A stretch of 64,000 bases of DNA from contig OZ246411.1 of the NCBI GenBank assembly GCA_965231055.1, positions 665,875-729,874 on the forward strand. Reading direction: 5' to 3'. Positions 19,202 to 28,417 of this stretch are shown here, piece by piece (position 1 is the stretch's first letter; the number at the start of each line of letters is the position of its first letter). The notes under the pieces were generated by a model, which worked only from the letters and a program-made list of their open reading frames with translations, was not told the origin of the DNA and did no database searches. The translations under genes and the position numbers were made by a program. Source of the DNA: an uncultured Candidatus Saccharibacteria bacterium (lineage in GTDB: Bacteria; Patescibacteriota; CALEFQ01; G965231055).

Positions 19202-21214
19202 TTATCTAATTGGCGTATTATCTATATCTAGTGGTTTTTTCTTGTCATCATCTTTTCTTCTCTTTCCAAGTATCCACCATAGAAATAGGATAATAATTAT
19301 GAGTATTAGCCAGAACCACCATTTCGTGAGAAGCCATTTGAAACTATTCCAGAAACTAGATGCTTCCGCTTTTAGGTTTGGATCATCTTGATCATCCGCT
19401 CCCAAAACTGTACCATCTTTTTCTTCGTCTTTATTCTCATCTTCTTCTGTGGCTTCGTCATCCGCTCCTCCACCAGTTCCAAATGCGGTGGTGCCAGCAA
19501 CAGTTCCCGTAGTAGCGGTTGTCGTAGTAGAAGAAGTTGTCCCTCTATTTATAGTATTTTCTTCTGTGTTTTCATCTGTGACACCAGCGACAGTTCCTTG
19601 ATCATCGGCATCATCATCGTTGTCTTGGTCATCATCTTGTGGAACATCTTCAGTTGCCAAGGTGAGTCCCCAAACGGATGAATCAACACTCCATCTTCCA
19701 AAACTGTCTTTGGCTTTTACTTTCCAAGAATAATTTCCCTCTGGCAAATTCAATGTAAGATTTGTATCGGTTGTATAGTGAGTAGCTCCATTTACGGTAA
19801 GTTCATATTCGGTAGCATCATCAACTGCGGTCCATGTAAAAGCTACATCGGCTGGTTCGGTTTCAAATCCATTTGCAGGAGAGATAAGTGTAGGCGCATC
19901 TGGAGCAGTAGTATCAACTGTAAATTGCCATGTTTCACTCCAAGGACTTTCATTTCCCGCAGAATCCCTTGCAATCACCTTCCATGAGTGCAAGCCTTCT
20001 GAAAAAACCCATGGATACTGTTTCTCAGTTAAGTCAGAGACAAGAAGTGAATCATCAAGATACACATCGTAATACAATGAATCAACCACAACACCCTTTA
20101 TAGAAGGAATTGTTCCAAAATCTTCATAATCCCATTCCAAAGTAATATTTGGATCATTTGTTACAAAACTATTTACGGGAGCATAAAGTACTGGGGCGTT
20201 TGGACTTATCGTATCAATAGTAAAATTCCAAGTTTCGCTCCAGGGACCTTTTACACCATCAGAATCAATAACTCTCATTTTCCACTGCCAATCGCCATTT
20301 ATTCCCATCATAAAAGCACAAATATCATTACTGGTAGTTTGCGATGGATCAGTAATCTTAATCTGAACAGATAAAGGACCCCTTAAAGAAACTTCGAATC
20401 CAGATAAAAACGAGCTATCCTGATTCGGATTCCAAGAAAAAGAGGGGCAAGAATTCCCAACTAAAGAATTATTTGCTGGAGCAACTAGTATAGGAGTTTT
20501 TAGAGTGGGTTTTTCAATAATAAAATTCCATGTTTCACTCCAAGGACCTTTCATACCTCTATGATCAACAACTCTCATCTTCCACTGCCAGTTCCCAGTA
20601 GTTAAACGAATTCCAGCAAGATTTGTTTGATAAGCATCATTGATAGAAAACTGCATATAATCAGAACCGTTACGATAAAGTTTTAGTTCGTAACCCGACA
20701 ACCCAGAAATTTCTTGATTTGAATCCCAGATAAAATTAGGATAAAGTGAATTTATCGTTGAGTTATTGGCTGGAGAAATTAGTATTACTCGAGCCAGTTC
20801 CCTAGGAGCTACGCTGTAAATGCCAGAGGAATCAATTAGACCGCTAGCACCAAATGATTTTGTATTGGAATTAGTTTTTACTATAGCTTTGTCTTTTGCA
20901 ACTACTGAAAGTTCTTTTTCAACTACTTTGACTTCCGAGGTAGCTTCGTCAGCTTTTGATACAACCTCATCTACCACGACTTCTGGTTCAGTCACCTCTT
21001 CTGGCTCTTCTTGAGCTAGATCAGATAGTGGAGCTCCTGGGACTATTTCATCTTCCAAGACAACACTCTCTACTGGAGTAACTTCTTCTGTCGCAACTTC
21101 TTCAGGAGCATTTGCGTAAATAGCTGGAGCAGAATTCATAAAGAGCATAGAAAAGATAACACAAAAAGCAAAAAGCTTTAGTGCACTTTTCTTTGAACTG
21201 GAGGGGATTTTCAT
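19202..21214 (-). CDS. Large secreted surface protein with FN3-like repeats, acidic/Thr-rich stalk and a C-terminal KWWFWLIL membrane anchor
   Basis: Signal peptide. Four repeats carry W..K....D..G..(S/G)PWSETW(N/Q)FT(I/V)(D/E), resembling fibronectin-III. DDQDNDDDADD and T-rich low complexity follow. The C-terminus is FWNSFKWLLTKWWFWLILIIIILFLWWILGKRRKDDDKKK. Confidence 0.6.
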   Translation of the reverse strand: MKIPSSSKKSALKLFAFCVIFSMLFMNSAPAIYANAPEEVATEEVTPVESVVLEDEIVPGAPLSDLAQEEPEEVTEPEVVVDEVVSKADEATSEVKVVEKELSVVAKDKAIVKTNSNTKSFGASGLIDSSGIYSVAPRELARVILISPANNSTINSLYPNFIWDSNQEISGLSGYELKLYRNGSDYMQFSINDAYQTNLAGIRLTTGNWQWKMRVVDHRGMKGPWSETWNFIIEKPTLKTPILVAPANNSLVGNSCPSFSWNPNQDSSFLSGFEVSLRGPLSVQIKITDPSQTTSNDICAFMMGINGDWQWKMRVIDSDGVKGPWSETWNFTIDTISPNAPVLYAPVNSFVTNDPNITLEWDYEDFGTIPSIKGVVVDSLYYDVYLDDSLLVSDLTEKQYPWVFSEGLHSWKVIARDSAGNESPWSETWQFTVDTTAPDAPTLISPANGFETEPADVAFTWTAVDDATEYELTVNGATHYTTDTNLTLNLPEGNYSWKVKAKDSFGRWSVDSSVWGLTLATEDVPQDDDQDNDDDADDQGTVAGVTDENTEENTINRGTTSSTTTTATTGTVAGTTAFGTGGGADDEATEEDENKDEEKDGTVLGADDQDDPNLKAEASSFWNSFKWLLTKWWFWLILIIIILFLWWILGKRRKDDDKKKPLDIDNTPIR

Positions 21215-21309
21215 ATGATTTTTTTAGATAATATCTTAATATAATATCACATAAATATACAATAAAATACAAGCTAGGTCAAACTAAAAATACACTTTCA
21301 AAATGACAA

Positions 21310-21339
21310 AAATAGCCCCACGAAATTGCGGGGCTATTT
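21310..21339 (-). terminator. Terminator hairpin downstream of surface protein gene 21363-24317 (copy 2 of the repeated hairpin)
   Basis: Perfect 10-bp stem AAATAGCCCC/GGGGCTATTT with loop ACGAAATTGC, then a U-tract on the minus strand. The arms are identical to the 19162 hairpin apart from its terminal C. Confidence 0.55.
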
Positions 21340-21362
21340 ATAAAATTTGCTTCTATTTTGAA

Positions 21363-24317
21363 TTATGCGACATTATCTTTGGAGTTTTTTCTATTTTTAG
21401 CAAGAACTCTCCGTAGCACTACAAATACTATCACTAAAATCAACCAGAACCACCATTTAGTGAAAAGGTTTTTCATAATTTTTCCAAATGCTCCAGCTGT
21501 TGCTCTTAGATCAAAGCCATCATTGTCAGTATTAGCATCGTCTTTTACAGACTCATCGCTATTGGATTTTGCGATTTGTTCTAATTTGCTAGAAGTAGAT
21601 TCGCCTGCAACAATTCCTTCTGACTCGGTTGAGATTGAAGAGGTTGAGCCCTGAGTTGCTGCTGAAGCAGTGCTTGAACTCGTGCTAGCAGAAGTCGTAT
21701 CTGAATCATCTGAGGAAGATGACACCATCTCTTCTTTATTTGTAATAACTACCAATTCTTCTGCGAGAGGTGCGGATGCGTGACCATTTTTATCAAATGC
21801 CATCACAGCATAATAAAAAGTTTCACCATAATCATTGCCCTTTAGAGCATCTATGTATGTATATTTTGTATTTGCTTCAACATCCATAGCGCCAACATTT
21901 GTTTCATTATCCACTGCGAAGCTCTTGCTTTTTGATTTGTAAATCTTGACACTCTTTGTTTCTTCATCATTGGCAGTTTTGAAAACTATGTCATATCTAG
22001 CATCAGATTTCTGTATTTTTTCTATGCTAACTGGTTTGAGAGGATTGGTATTGTCAAATTCAGTTGTAACAACATCAGACTCCACAACATCAGATCCAGC
22101 AATTGCTTTGACCTGAAAATTGTATACACCATCTTGCGTAAGAACATCCTTGGTAACAGTACAATTATCAGTATTTCCGCCATTAGCCAATAGGACATCT
22201 TCTCCGAATTTCACAAAACTAGAATCTGAAGGTGATTTTTTGTAGCAAGAAATAGCAACTTCTCTACCCTGAGTATCCAATGCCACAAAATTTAAATCAA
22301 ATTCACTATCTATTAGCTCTTGTGGTTCTGCCAATCTGATTACTAAGGAAGATGAAGCCGAAGCAACACCTCCAAAAGCCAAAACTCCAAAGCCTACTGC
22401 AACGACTGCGAGAAGTTTTCTTGAGTCTATTTTTTTCTTAGGCATAATGGCAAAGAGCAATGCAAATGCCATTGAAATAACTGAAATCATAACAAATATA
22501 ATTCTATAGTCAGCTCCGGTCACGGGTAATGTTTCAGGGGTAGTGGCTCCGAGAACTTTCCCCGGAATAATATTGGTAATAGTATTTTCTGAAACAGCGA
22601 CTGGTACGCTATCATCATTCTCAACTTGCGCTAATATATTGACTTCGGTACCTACGAAATTTGTATCCACATATCCAGTAGCCTGCGCCAATGCCAAGAT
22701 TTCTCCAGGTTCTTGATTGTTCATGCCCCTAGCAAAAGCTACGTCCTTATAAATACCATCAGATATATCCGATGCGACATCTCCTATATATGAAAGTGTT
22801 ATAACTTCATCTTTTGCCATAGATCCTATCGTCCAATCTCCAGGCGAAGCATAAGTTGGTTCCAAAACCACTCCCAAGTCTTTGAGACTTCCTCTTTGGT
22901 TTGAAACTGCATTGAAACTGCCGGCTCTGTATTTTATTCCTTCTGGGAGAAGATCTGTCACCACGGCATTGTCCAATGAATTTCCGATCAAGCTTATATT
23001 GATAGAATATTTGATATCGCTTCCAGCGTCCAAAAATGCACTACCTGCATCATTGGATTTTGAAATATACAATACTGGAGCATCCTGCTCTGTTTCAATT
23101 TTGGTGTTTGTAAAAACACATCTGATCACTTCTTCTGCCCCGAGACTTACAAATTCTTGATTTGGATCAGGAAGTGCCGCCATGTTCACAGAATATTCAT
23201 CTGAAATATTTGGCATTTGTTGTTCGTCTTGTTCACAAGTCACAGATGTCTCATAACCTGGATAAGCCTCTTCTTCTATCACGTATCTTCCTACCGGCAA
23301 ATCTGCAATATATGGATTGTCTATTTCAGAAAGCTGAAAATCCACAGAGGTTTGATCTAACCTAGAAACAGAAAAATCAAATTTAGTTGGATCATTCTCT
23401 ATATTTGGCACATCTTTTTCTACGATTAGAGTACCGTAAGCTTGTGCTGAGATAGTTTGTCTATTCACTACATCAACATCCACAGACTTTCCTTCCCCTA
23501 CTGTAATTTGATATCCTGGTAATCCAGAATCATCATCTCGAGAAATACTATAAAGTTCATATCCACTAGGAATATTTGTTTCAGAAATTGTATATGTACC
23601 TGCTGATCTTATATATTCATGGGAACCGCCATCTGTGAGACTTGCCATATCTCCATCCAAATCTATACTAAAACTTTGAGCTACATCATAGATATCTTCA
23701 CCATTTGGACCTACCACATCTTTATGAACCGTTATGCTTGCTGGGTTTTCAATGTAAGGATCTGGACTAACTGGTATATCTCTACCACCAACGTCATTTA
23801 ATGAGATTTTAATTCTTGCCCCTGGCCAATCAGCGGCATCGTCACCTAAAAGACTATTCCAATAAATCGTAGCTGTGGTTTTTTTAGGGATAAAGGATAG
23901 ATTGTATTCTAAGCAAGTATCGGCACCACAATCAACTTCGCCAATTAAGCTCAATATCACATTATCAGCACCATCATCTGAAAAAATCAAAGCATCTCTA
24001 TTAAAATTAAGGATACCGACGGGGTCATTGCCAAATAATTTATAGCTATGTTTAATTTCTATCGAATGAGCTTCGTCAACTGTTAAATTTTCTATTTCTA
24101 GTCTGGTTGGAATATTTTGTCCTTCCTGGTAATGTTTTATATCTCCAGGTGTCCATGTCCCATCTGTTTCCATTGCCTCAAGAGAATACTTATAAACTTT
24201 CGCATTCACACCCGCCACATTATAAAAACCTGGATTCATTAAACTCAAAAACAACGCAAATAGCGCCATTGTAAGAAACGCTACTTTTACGTTTTTTCTA
24301 ATTCTTGCTTGGCTCAT
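21363..24317 (-). CDS. Composite surface protein: LPXTG-type adhesin with Cna-B/pilin-like domains, fused in frame to a second secreted module ending in the KWWFWLIL anchor
   Basis: N-terminal signal peptide. Cna-B-like motifs (GTYTISETNIPSGYEL, VGRYVIEEEAYPGYETS). LPVTG followed by a hydrophobic stretch and KKK at aa ~606-630. Then a signal-peptide-like segment (MPKKKIDSRKLLAVVAVGFGVLAFGGVASASS), FN3/Ig-like domains, a Ser/Thr-rich region, and the C-terminus LFTKWWFWLILVIVFVVLRRVLAKNRK. Confidence 0.6.
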   Translation of the reverse strand: MSQARIRKNVKVAFLTMALFALFLSLMNPGFYNVAGVNAKVYKYSLEAMETDGTWTPGDIKHYQEGQNIPTRLEIENLTVDEAHSIEIKHSYKLFGNDPVGILNFNRDALIFSDDGADNVILSLIGEVDCGADTCLEYNLSFIPKKTTATIYWNSLLGDDAADWPGARIKISLNDVGGRDIPVSPDPYIENPASITVHKDVVGPNGEDIYDVAQSFSIDLDGDMASLTDGGSHEYIRSAGTYTISETNIPSGYELYSISRDDDSGLPGYQITVGEGKSVDVDVVNRQTISAQAYGTLIVEKDVPNIENDPTKFDFSVSRLDQTSVDFQLSEIDNPYIADLPVGRYVIEEEAYPGYETSVTCEQDEQQMPNISDEYSVNMAALPDPNQEFVSLGAEEVIRCVFTNTKIETEQDAPVLYISKSNDAGSAFLDAGSDIKYSINISLIGNSLDNAVVTDLLPEGIKYRAGSFNAVSNQRGSLKDLGVVLEPTYASPGDWTIGSMAKDEVITLSYIGDVASDISDGIYKDVAFARGMNNQEPGEILALAQATGYVDTNFVGTEVNILAQVENDDSVPVAVSENTITNIIPGKVLGATTPETLPVTGADYRIIFVMISVISMAFALLFAIMPKKKIDSRKLLAVVAVGFGVLAFGGVASASSSLVIRLAEPQELIDSEFDLNFVALDTQGREVAISCYKKSPSDSSFVKFGEDVLLANGGNTDNCTVTKDVLTQDGVYNFQVKAIAGSDVVESDVVTTEFDNTNPLKPVSIEKIQKSDARYDIVFKTANDEETKSVKIYKSKSKSFAVDNETNVGAMDVEANTKYTYIDALKGNDYGETFYYAVMAFDKNGHASAPLAEELVVITNKEEMVSSSSDDSDTTSASTSSSTASAATQGSTSSISTESEGIVAGESTSSKLEQIAKSNSDESVKDDANTDNDGFDLRATAGAFGKIMKNLFTKWWFWLILVIVFVVLRRVLAKNRKNSKDNVA
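22515..22529 (-). other. Internal LPVTG sortase-recognition motif inside ORF 21363-24317
   Basis: ACA TTA CCC GTG ACC GGA on the minus strand encodes TLPVTG, followed by the hydrophobic IIFVMISVISMAFALLFAI and then MPKKK. The in-frame ATG is at 22445-22443. Confidence 0.6.
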
Positions 24318-24445
24318 TTAATTTTAGTTTAAATAGTAAATTCGATAATAAGTCGTGTAAAATATTTTTAGCGTAAATCTTAAAATACTACTAAAAACGA
24401 CATAAGTCAATGATAATTGGACTTGCGTATTTGACAATTTTGTTG

Positions 24446-24454
24446 TGATATAAT
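24446..24454 (+). promoter_or_regulatory. Extended -10 promoter element (TGaTATAAT) upstream of membrane-protein gene A
   Basis: TGATATAAT sits ~55 nt upstream of the ATG at 24510. A strong SD (GGGAGGAAGGG) precedes the ATG. Confidence 0.3.
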
Positions 24455-24509
24455 AGCTTGTAGTCAAATTGATTGTTCACTACATAAAACTTCAATAAGG
24501 GAGGAAGGG

Positions 24510-24914
24510 ATGAAAAACTTTAATGCTAAACTCTTATCGGTATTGCTTGGGATTTTTGTTCTTTTGGCAATTGCTATCCCCTGTTTTTACGCCGTAGATA
24601 TTGCTGAGATCAATGCCTTTCTGTATCCATTGGGATGCGAACCGGGTCAGATAATCCCAATTTCAATGGTCATGCTGGGAATCATATCGGGAATAATTTT
24701 TGAAAAGATACTAGGAACGCAGAAACTCTCGGGATTCGTACTTGGTTTTTTCTCAGCTAGCATGGTCGTCACCCTATGCATATCAATCAATAATAACTGC
24801 GAAAAAGCACTGAAATCCATGGTTTTCATTCTGGTGTTTGTGTTCATTTTCTACATTACCGCCCTAATAAACGGGATAATCTCAAAAGAAAGTTCGTCGG
24901 AACACAAAGAATAG
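24510..24914 (+). CDS. Small polytopic membrane protein A (4 TM), unknown function
   Basis: 134 aa, highly hydrophobic. Strong SD GGGAGG 7 nt upstream. Own terminator downstream. Confidence 0.5.
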   Translation: MKNFNAKLLSVLLGIFVLLAIAIPCFYAVDIAEINAFLYPLGCEPGQIIPISMVMLGIISGIIFEKILGTQKLSGFVLGFFSASMVVTLCISINNNCEKALKSMVFILVFVFIFYITALINGIISKESSSEHKE

Positions 24915-24946
24915 AAGCGCATCACGAGAAGATCATTACAAGAAAT

Positions 24947-24980
24947 AGCGACTGGAAAAAAACCGGTCGCTTTTTATTTT
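24947..24980 (+). terminator. Rho-independent terminator after gene A
   Basis: AGCGACTGG-AAAAAAA-CCGGTCGCT followed by TTTTTATTTT. Confidence 0.6.
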
Positions 24981-25067
24981 ATCCTAGCGATTGACAAAAA
25001 AGAGATTTCTGATAGTTTTGCAGCATATCTGCTCATTTAAAAACCTTATCCGTAAAGGAGAAATGTC

Positions 25068-25781
25068 GTGAAAAATTTTATAACTCATTTGTCTCGAGTG
25101 ATTTGTGTTTTGATTCATCTCACGCTTCTGTCACTGGTTGGATTCTTCTATTTCAATAATTTTTATGCAGAAATAGTGGGAATCCTGTTATTCAGCTCGC
25201 TGGTATCTGGAATAATTTTTGGAAAATGGAAAGTTGCCACCTCTAGGGCAGCAATTTACTGCCTTATCATTCCAAATACCCTGTTGATCATTGGATTCAT
25301 CACAGCCCGATTAATCACTATCGAAACATCATTACTGAAAGCACTACCCTGTTTGGTTTTCACAGTCGCGATCACCACAATTTTGAATGTTTTTGGAATT
25401 ATCTGCCAAGAAATCCTAGAAAGAACGGTGCTAAGAGTTCTCAAGGCGTTACTGGTGTTTTGGCAATCGGGAATGATAATGATGTTCACTGAAATCGACG
25501 CCATCTTTTCCGTAATCACGGTCAACATGGTGGCTGCAATGTGCCTGGGAATAATTCTCGGAAATGCCAGAATATCGGAGTATAAAGAATTCGGACACCA
25601 GTTGCATGTATGGTATTACCCAGCAATAGTATTGTCTTCAATGCTATTAATCACCATTTCATGTCATTTATTTGGCATAAAATACCACTTCCACTACGGA
25701 ACAAATTTGGGTGTTCTCAGTTCTTTCATTTCAGGACTAGTGGGTTTGCTAGTATACAAACTCGTATCTCAAAAAACCTGA
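25068..25781 (+). CDS. Polytopic membrane protein B (~7 TM), unknown function
   Basis: 237 aa. GTG start preceded by AAAGGAG. A TTGACA -35-like element lies at 24991. Own terminator. Confidence 0.5.
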   Translation: MKNFITHLSRVICVLIHLTLLSLVGFFYFNNFYAEIVGILLFSSLVSGIIFGKWKVATSRAAIYCLIIPNTLLIIGFITARLITIETSLLKALPCLVFTVAITTILNVFGIICQEILERTVLRVLKALLVFWQSGMIMMFTEIDAIFSVITVNMVAAMCLGIILGNARISEYKEFGHQLHVWYYPAIVLSSMLLITISCHLFGIKYHFHYGTNLGVLSSFISGLVGLLVYKLVSQKT

Positions 25782-25800
25782 TAACAATTTTATCAAAGCA

Positions 25801-25831
25801 AGGTCATGCAAATATGCGTGACCTTTTTTAA
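25801..25831 (+). terminator. Rho-independent terminator after gene B
   Basis: AGGTCA [12-nt loop] TGACCT followed by TTTTTTAATAAT. Confidence 0.5.
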
Positions 25832-25919
25832 TAATCCTAAAAACTAGACATACCAATCTAAATTTGTTAGTTTCTAACCATCTGTTCCTTTTATAACCAA
25901 AAACGAGAGGGGGTGCCAA

Positions 25920-26612
25920 GTGAAATGGACAAAAATCATCGCGCTTGAGAAGAAAATCGTATTCGGAATTCTTTTGGCAGAGATCGCGCTATTATCACTT
26001 TCTGCCTACGCATCGACATACCTGGGGTGGAACTGGTTTGCAAGATTAATGATTTCTGCAATCATCGGTTTCACTGCGGGAATGATTGTGTCAAAAAAGA
26101 CAGACCAAGCAGATGCAACTATCAAGATGTTGATTGCTACGTCAATTATTCAGTTCGCAACCGGAATAATTCTATTATCAATGAAGTTCTGGCTAACAGG
26201 ATTGATGCAAGCTATTCCGGGAACAATAGCCATGGTAGTATCTTTCGTGGTTGGCACTGATCCCCATGAGAAAAAATGGAGATTGATAAGCTTATCGATT
26301 TCAGCAACCACTCCAATACTATTGAAACTACTCCTTGCACATACATACCTCACAATTTTGACACTGGTATTTATCTTCGCCTTGCACGGTATTACATTTT
26401 TAGAAATCTGGCGCAAGCGTAAAGAACCCTCCGAAAGAATCTCGATGTGTTGGTACTTGTTTTGGGCCTTCATGTCGATCATCTCATCAACAACGGCATT
26501 ATCAGAAAGATATGGAAGTGGGATGTTAGACTTAACCACCCTAGCACTAGGAACCGTGATTATGGCTATCACAGTTCAAATTACGAGATCATTGCCTCAA
26601 CAAAAACGCTAA
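25920..26612 (+). CDS. Polytopic membrane protein C (~7 TM), unknown function
   Basis: 230 aa. GTG start with GAGAGGGGGTG SD. Contains a YLGWNW motif in TM2, shared loosely with B and E. Confidence 0.5.
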   Translation: MKWTKIIALEKKIVFGILLAEIALLSLSAYASTYLGWNWFARLMISAIIGFTAGMIVSKKTDQADATIKMLIATSIIQFATGIILLSMKFWLTGLMQAIPGTIAMVVSFVVGTDPHEKKWRLISLSISATTPILLKLLLAHTYLTILTLVFIFALHGITFLEIWRKRKEPSERISMCWYLFWAFMSIISSTTALSERYGSGMLDLTTLALGTVIMAITVQITRSLPQQKR

Positions 26613-26633
26613 GCCACAGCTCTCTCGAAAATA

Positions 26634-26663
26634 AAGGATCCAATTGCGGATCCTTTTCTTTTA
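26634..26663 (+). terminator. Rho-independent terminator after gene C
   Basis: AAGGATCC-AATTGC-GGATCCTT followed by TTCTTTTAT. Confidence 0.6.
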
Positions 26664-26802
26664 TCATAATCACTAATTTCGAAGACGAACCAATAATACT
26701 ATTCTAAACAACCTATCTCAAATATTCACAATTTTTTATCCACTGGACAGAAGTACTGATTAGTAATAGTCTGGATTCAAAGGTGATCTTTTCACACGAA
26801 AA

Positions 26803-26830
26803 CAGCGCGACAAATCGCGGTGTTTTTTTC
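26803..26830 (+). promoter_or_regulatory. Terminator-like hairpin plus U-tract inside the 5' leader of gene D (possible attenuator)
   Basis: CGCGA-CAAA-TCGCG then GTGTTTTTTTC immediately 5' of the SD AAAAGGAGGA and the ATG at 26849. Gene C already has its own terminator at 26634. Confidence 0.3.
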
Positions 26831-26848
26831 AAAAGGAGGAGTTTTGCA

Positions 26849-27568
26849 ATGAGAAGGTATCTGAGTTCGGTGAAAAAATGGGCAAAAGTATTTGCCAAAG
26901 CGGTGGTTAGCCTCTGTTTTGCAGCCACACTTCTGGGTGTTGGGTTTATTTCTACTCACAGCCTCATACCGGAAATGGCATTGCCAATCATATTGTTGGC
27001 ACTTGCTGTTGGGTTTTTGACCGGCGGAAGATGTGAAGATATTACAAACATGGACACTCGAATTCCATGCGTAACCTTCATAGTCTCTATTTGCAGCTAT
27101 GCGGCATTTCAAAAAACCACACCGATGAGCGTCGAAAACGGAATTTCAGGAATATGCATGAGCCTAGTACTGGGGATTACGACAATACTCGGCATATACT
27201 TCAACCGAAAAATCAAACCAATGTTCTGGATATCGGCTATATCAATCATGCTTTTCTGGCAAACCTCGACTTTGCTCTACGCAGTAGCCCCTCTCTGGAT
27301 ACTAGGAATTGATGGAATAATCGCAGCAACTCTCGGTATATTTTTCGGAATACAAATAAACAACTTTAAACCAAAATCTATCAGATTTCGAACCAACCGA
27401 ACCATCACTGTCATTGCTGCATGCATAGCTGTTTTTGCCTCAAACTGGATTATCGGATCAAGATCAGGAAATAGCGATGTAGTTATGTCGCTCATAACAA
27501 CTGCAAGCTCACTTTCCGCAGGGCTTCTCACCTATTTCTCCACACGAAGAAAAAACAATGCTCATTAA
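26849..27568 (+). CDS. Polytopic membrane protein D (~7 TM), unknown function
   Basis: Start set at MRRYLSS: AGGAGG lies 8 nt upstream, and the longer ORF from 26783 lacks an RBS. 240 aa. Confidence 0.5.
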   Translation: MRRYLSSVKKWAKVFAKAVVSLCFAATLLGVGFISTHSLIPEMALPIILLALAVGFLTGGRCEDITNMDTRIPCVTFIVSICSYAAFQKTTPMSVENGISGICMSLVLGITTILGIYFNRKIKPMFWISAISIMLFWQTSTLLYAVAPLWILGIDGIIAATLGIFFGIQINNFKPKSIRFRTNRTITVIAACIAVFASNWIIGSRSGNSDVVMSLITTASSLSAGLLTYFSTRRKNNAH

Positions 27569-27584
27569 CTCAACAAAAACATAC

Positions 27585-27616
27585 ATAGCCCATCTCCCGG
27601 TGGGCTATATTCTTTT
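27585..27616 (+). terminator. Rho-independent terminator after gene D
   Basis: ATAGCCCA-TCTCCCGG-TGGGCTAT followed by ATTCTTTT. Confidence 0.55.
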
Positions 27617-27697
27617 AGTGGACTTTTTTTATGTGTTTTGATAGGCTCAAATTGTTCTTTAATAATTTGTTTTCAACTATTGAAAGGGGGTTTTGCT

Positions 27698-28357
27698 ATG
27701 CAATGGAATTCTATAATATTGATCATCTCTGTGCTCGTGATTATGCTATCTTCTGGCTTCATCGCTAACTACGTAGGCTGGGTGTCCGGACTTATTTCTA
27801 TTTCACTAGCTGCGATAGTGCTAGGAACATGGGCATCACCAAGAAAAGAGGCAAAAGAAGCAGGAGAAATGGAAGCGATAGCTATTGTAATTTTTGGAAC
27901 GATATTTTTGTTCATATTCAATCTCGTAACTGCAGTCATTTTGTGGTCTTGGTCGCTAGTCCTCTTTGGAATAATAAATGCGATTCTGTTCTTAATGTTC
28001 GCGATGCAAGGACTGACCGGAAACGACGAGATTCCGAATCGGAAAAACTTCATCATCGCGCTTGGATTCATTGTCACAGGCATAGTATTCCACGGCGAAA
28101 TCGAGCCAATGCTAATTTCTCATTTTATCCTGACAGTTCTACAAGCAAGAGAAATGATCTGGGAAAAAACAGGTTGCAACAGAATGACTATAGCCATCAC
28201 GTTCGGGGCGATATTTATAGCGAGCCAAATATTCTGCCTATCAAGCAGTGATCCGTATCTTTGGGCAAAGATAAGTATCCCCGAATCAGTCTTGGCAGCT
28301 TTTATCGGAGCAGCTGCTATGATCATTTCAAGTGTGGGATCAGCAGATCTCGCATAA
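27698..28357 (+). CDS. Polytopic membrane protein E (~7 TM), unknown function
   Basis: Start set at MQWNS with AAAGGGGG SD. A TTGATA-17-TAATAAT promoter-like element lies at 27639-27667. 220 aa. Confidence 0.5.
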   Translation: MQWNSIILIISVLVIMLSSGFIANYVGWVSGLISISLAAIVLGTWASPRKEAKEAGEMEAIAIVIFGTIFLFIFNLVTAVILWSWSLVLFGIINAILFLMFAMQGLTGNDEIPNRKNFIIALGFIVTGIVFHGEIEPMLISHFILTVLQAREMIWEKTGCNRMTIAITFGAIFIASQIFCLSSSDPYLWAKISIPESVLAAFIGAAAMIISSVGSADLA

Positions 28358-28381
28358 ACATCTCGCATTGTTGAAAACAAA

Positions 28382-28417
28382 AACGGGATTCACCCTGTGT
28401 GACTCCCGTTTTTTTAT
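28382..28417. terminator. Bidirectional terminator between gene E (+) and the pseudouridine synthase gene (-)
   Basis: AACGGGATTCAC-CCTGT-GTGACTCCCGTT followed by TTTTTTTATTT. Confidence 0.6.

Noticed and set aside
26783-26848. Longer N-terminal extension of membrane protein D (MIFSHENSATNRGVFFKRRSFA)
   Set aside because: The extension spans the terminator-like hairpin and lacks an RBS. The ATG at 26849 has a perfect SD.
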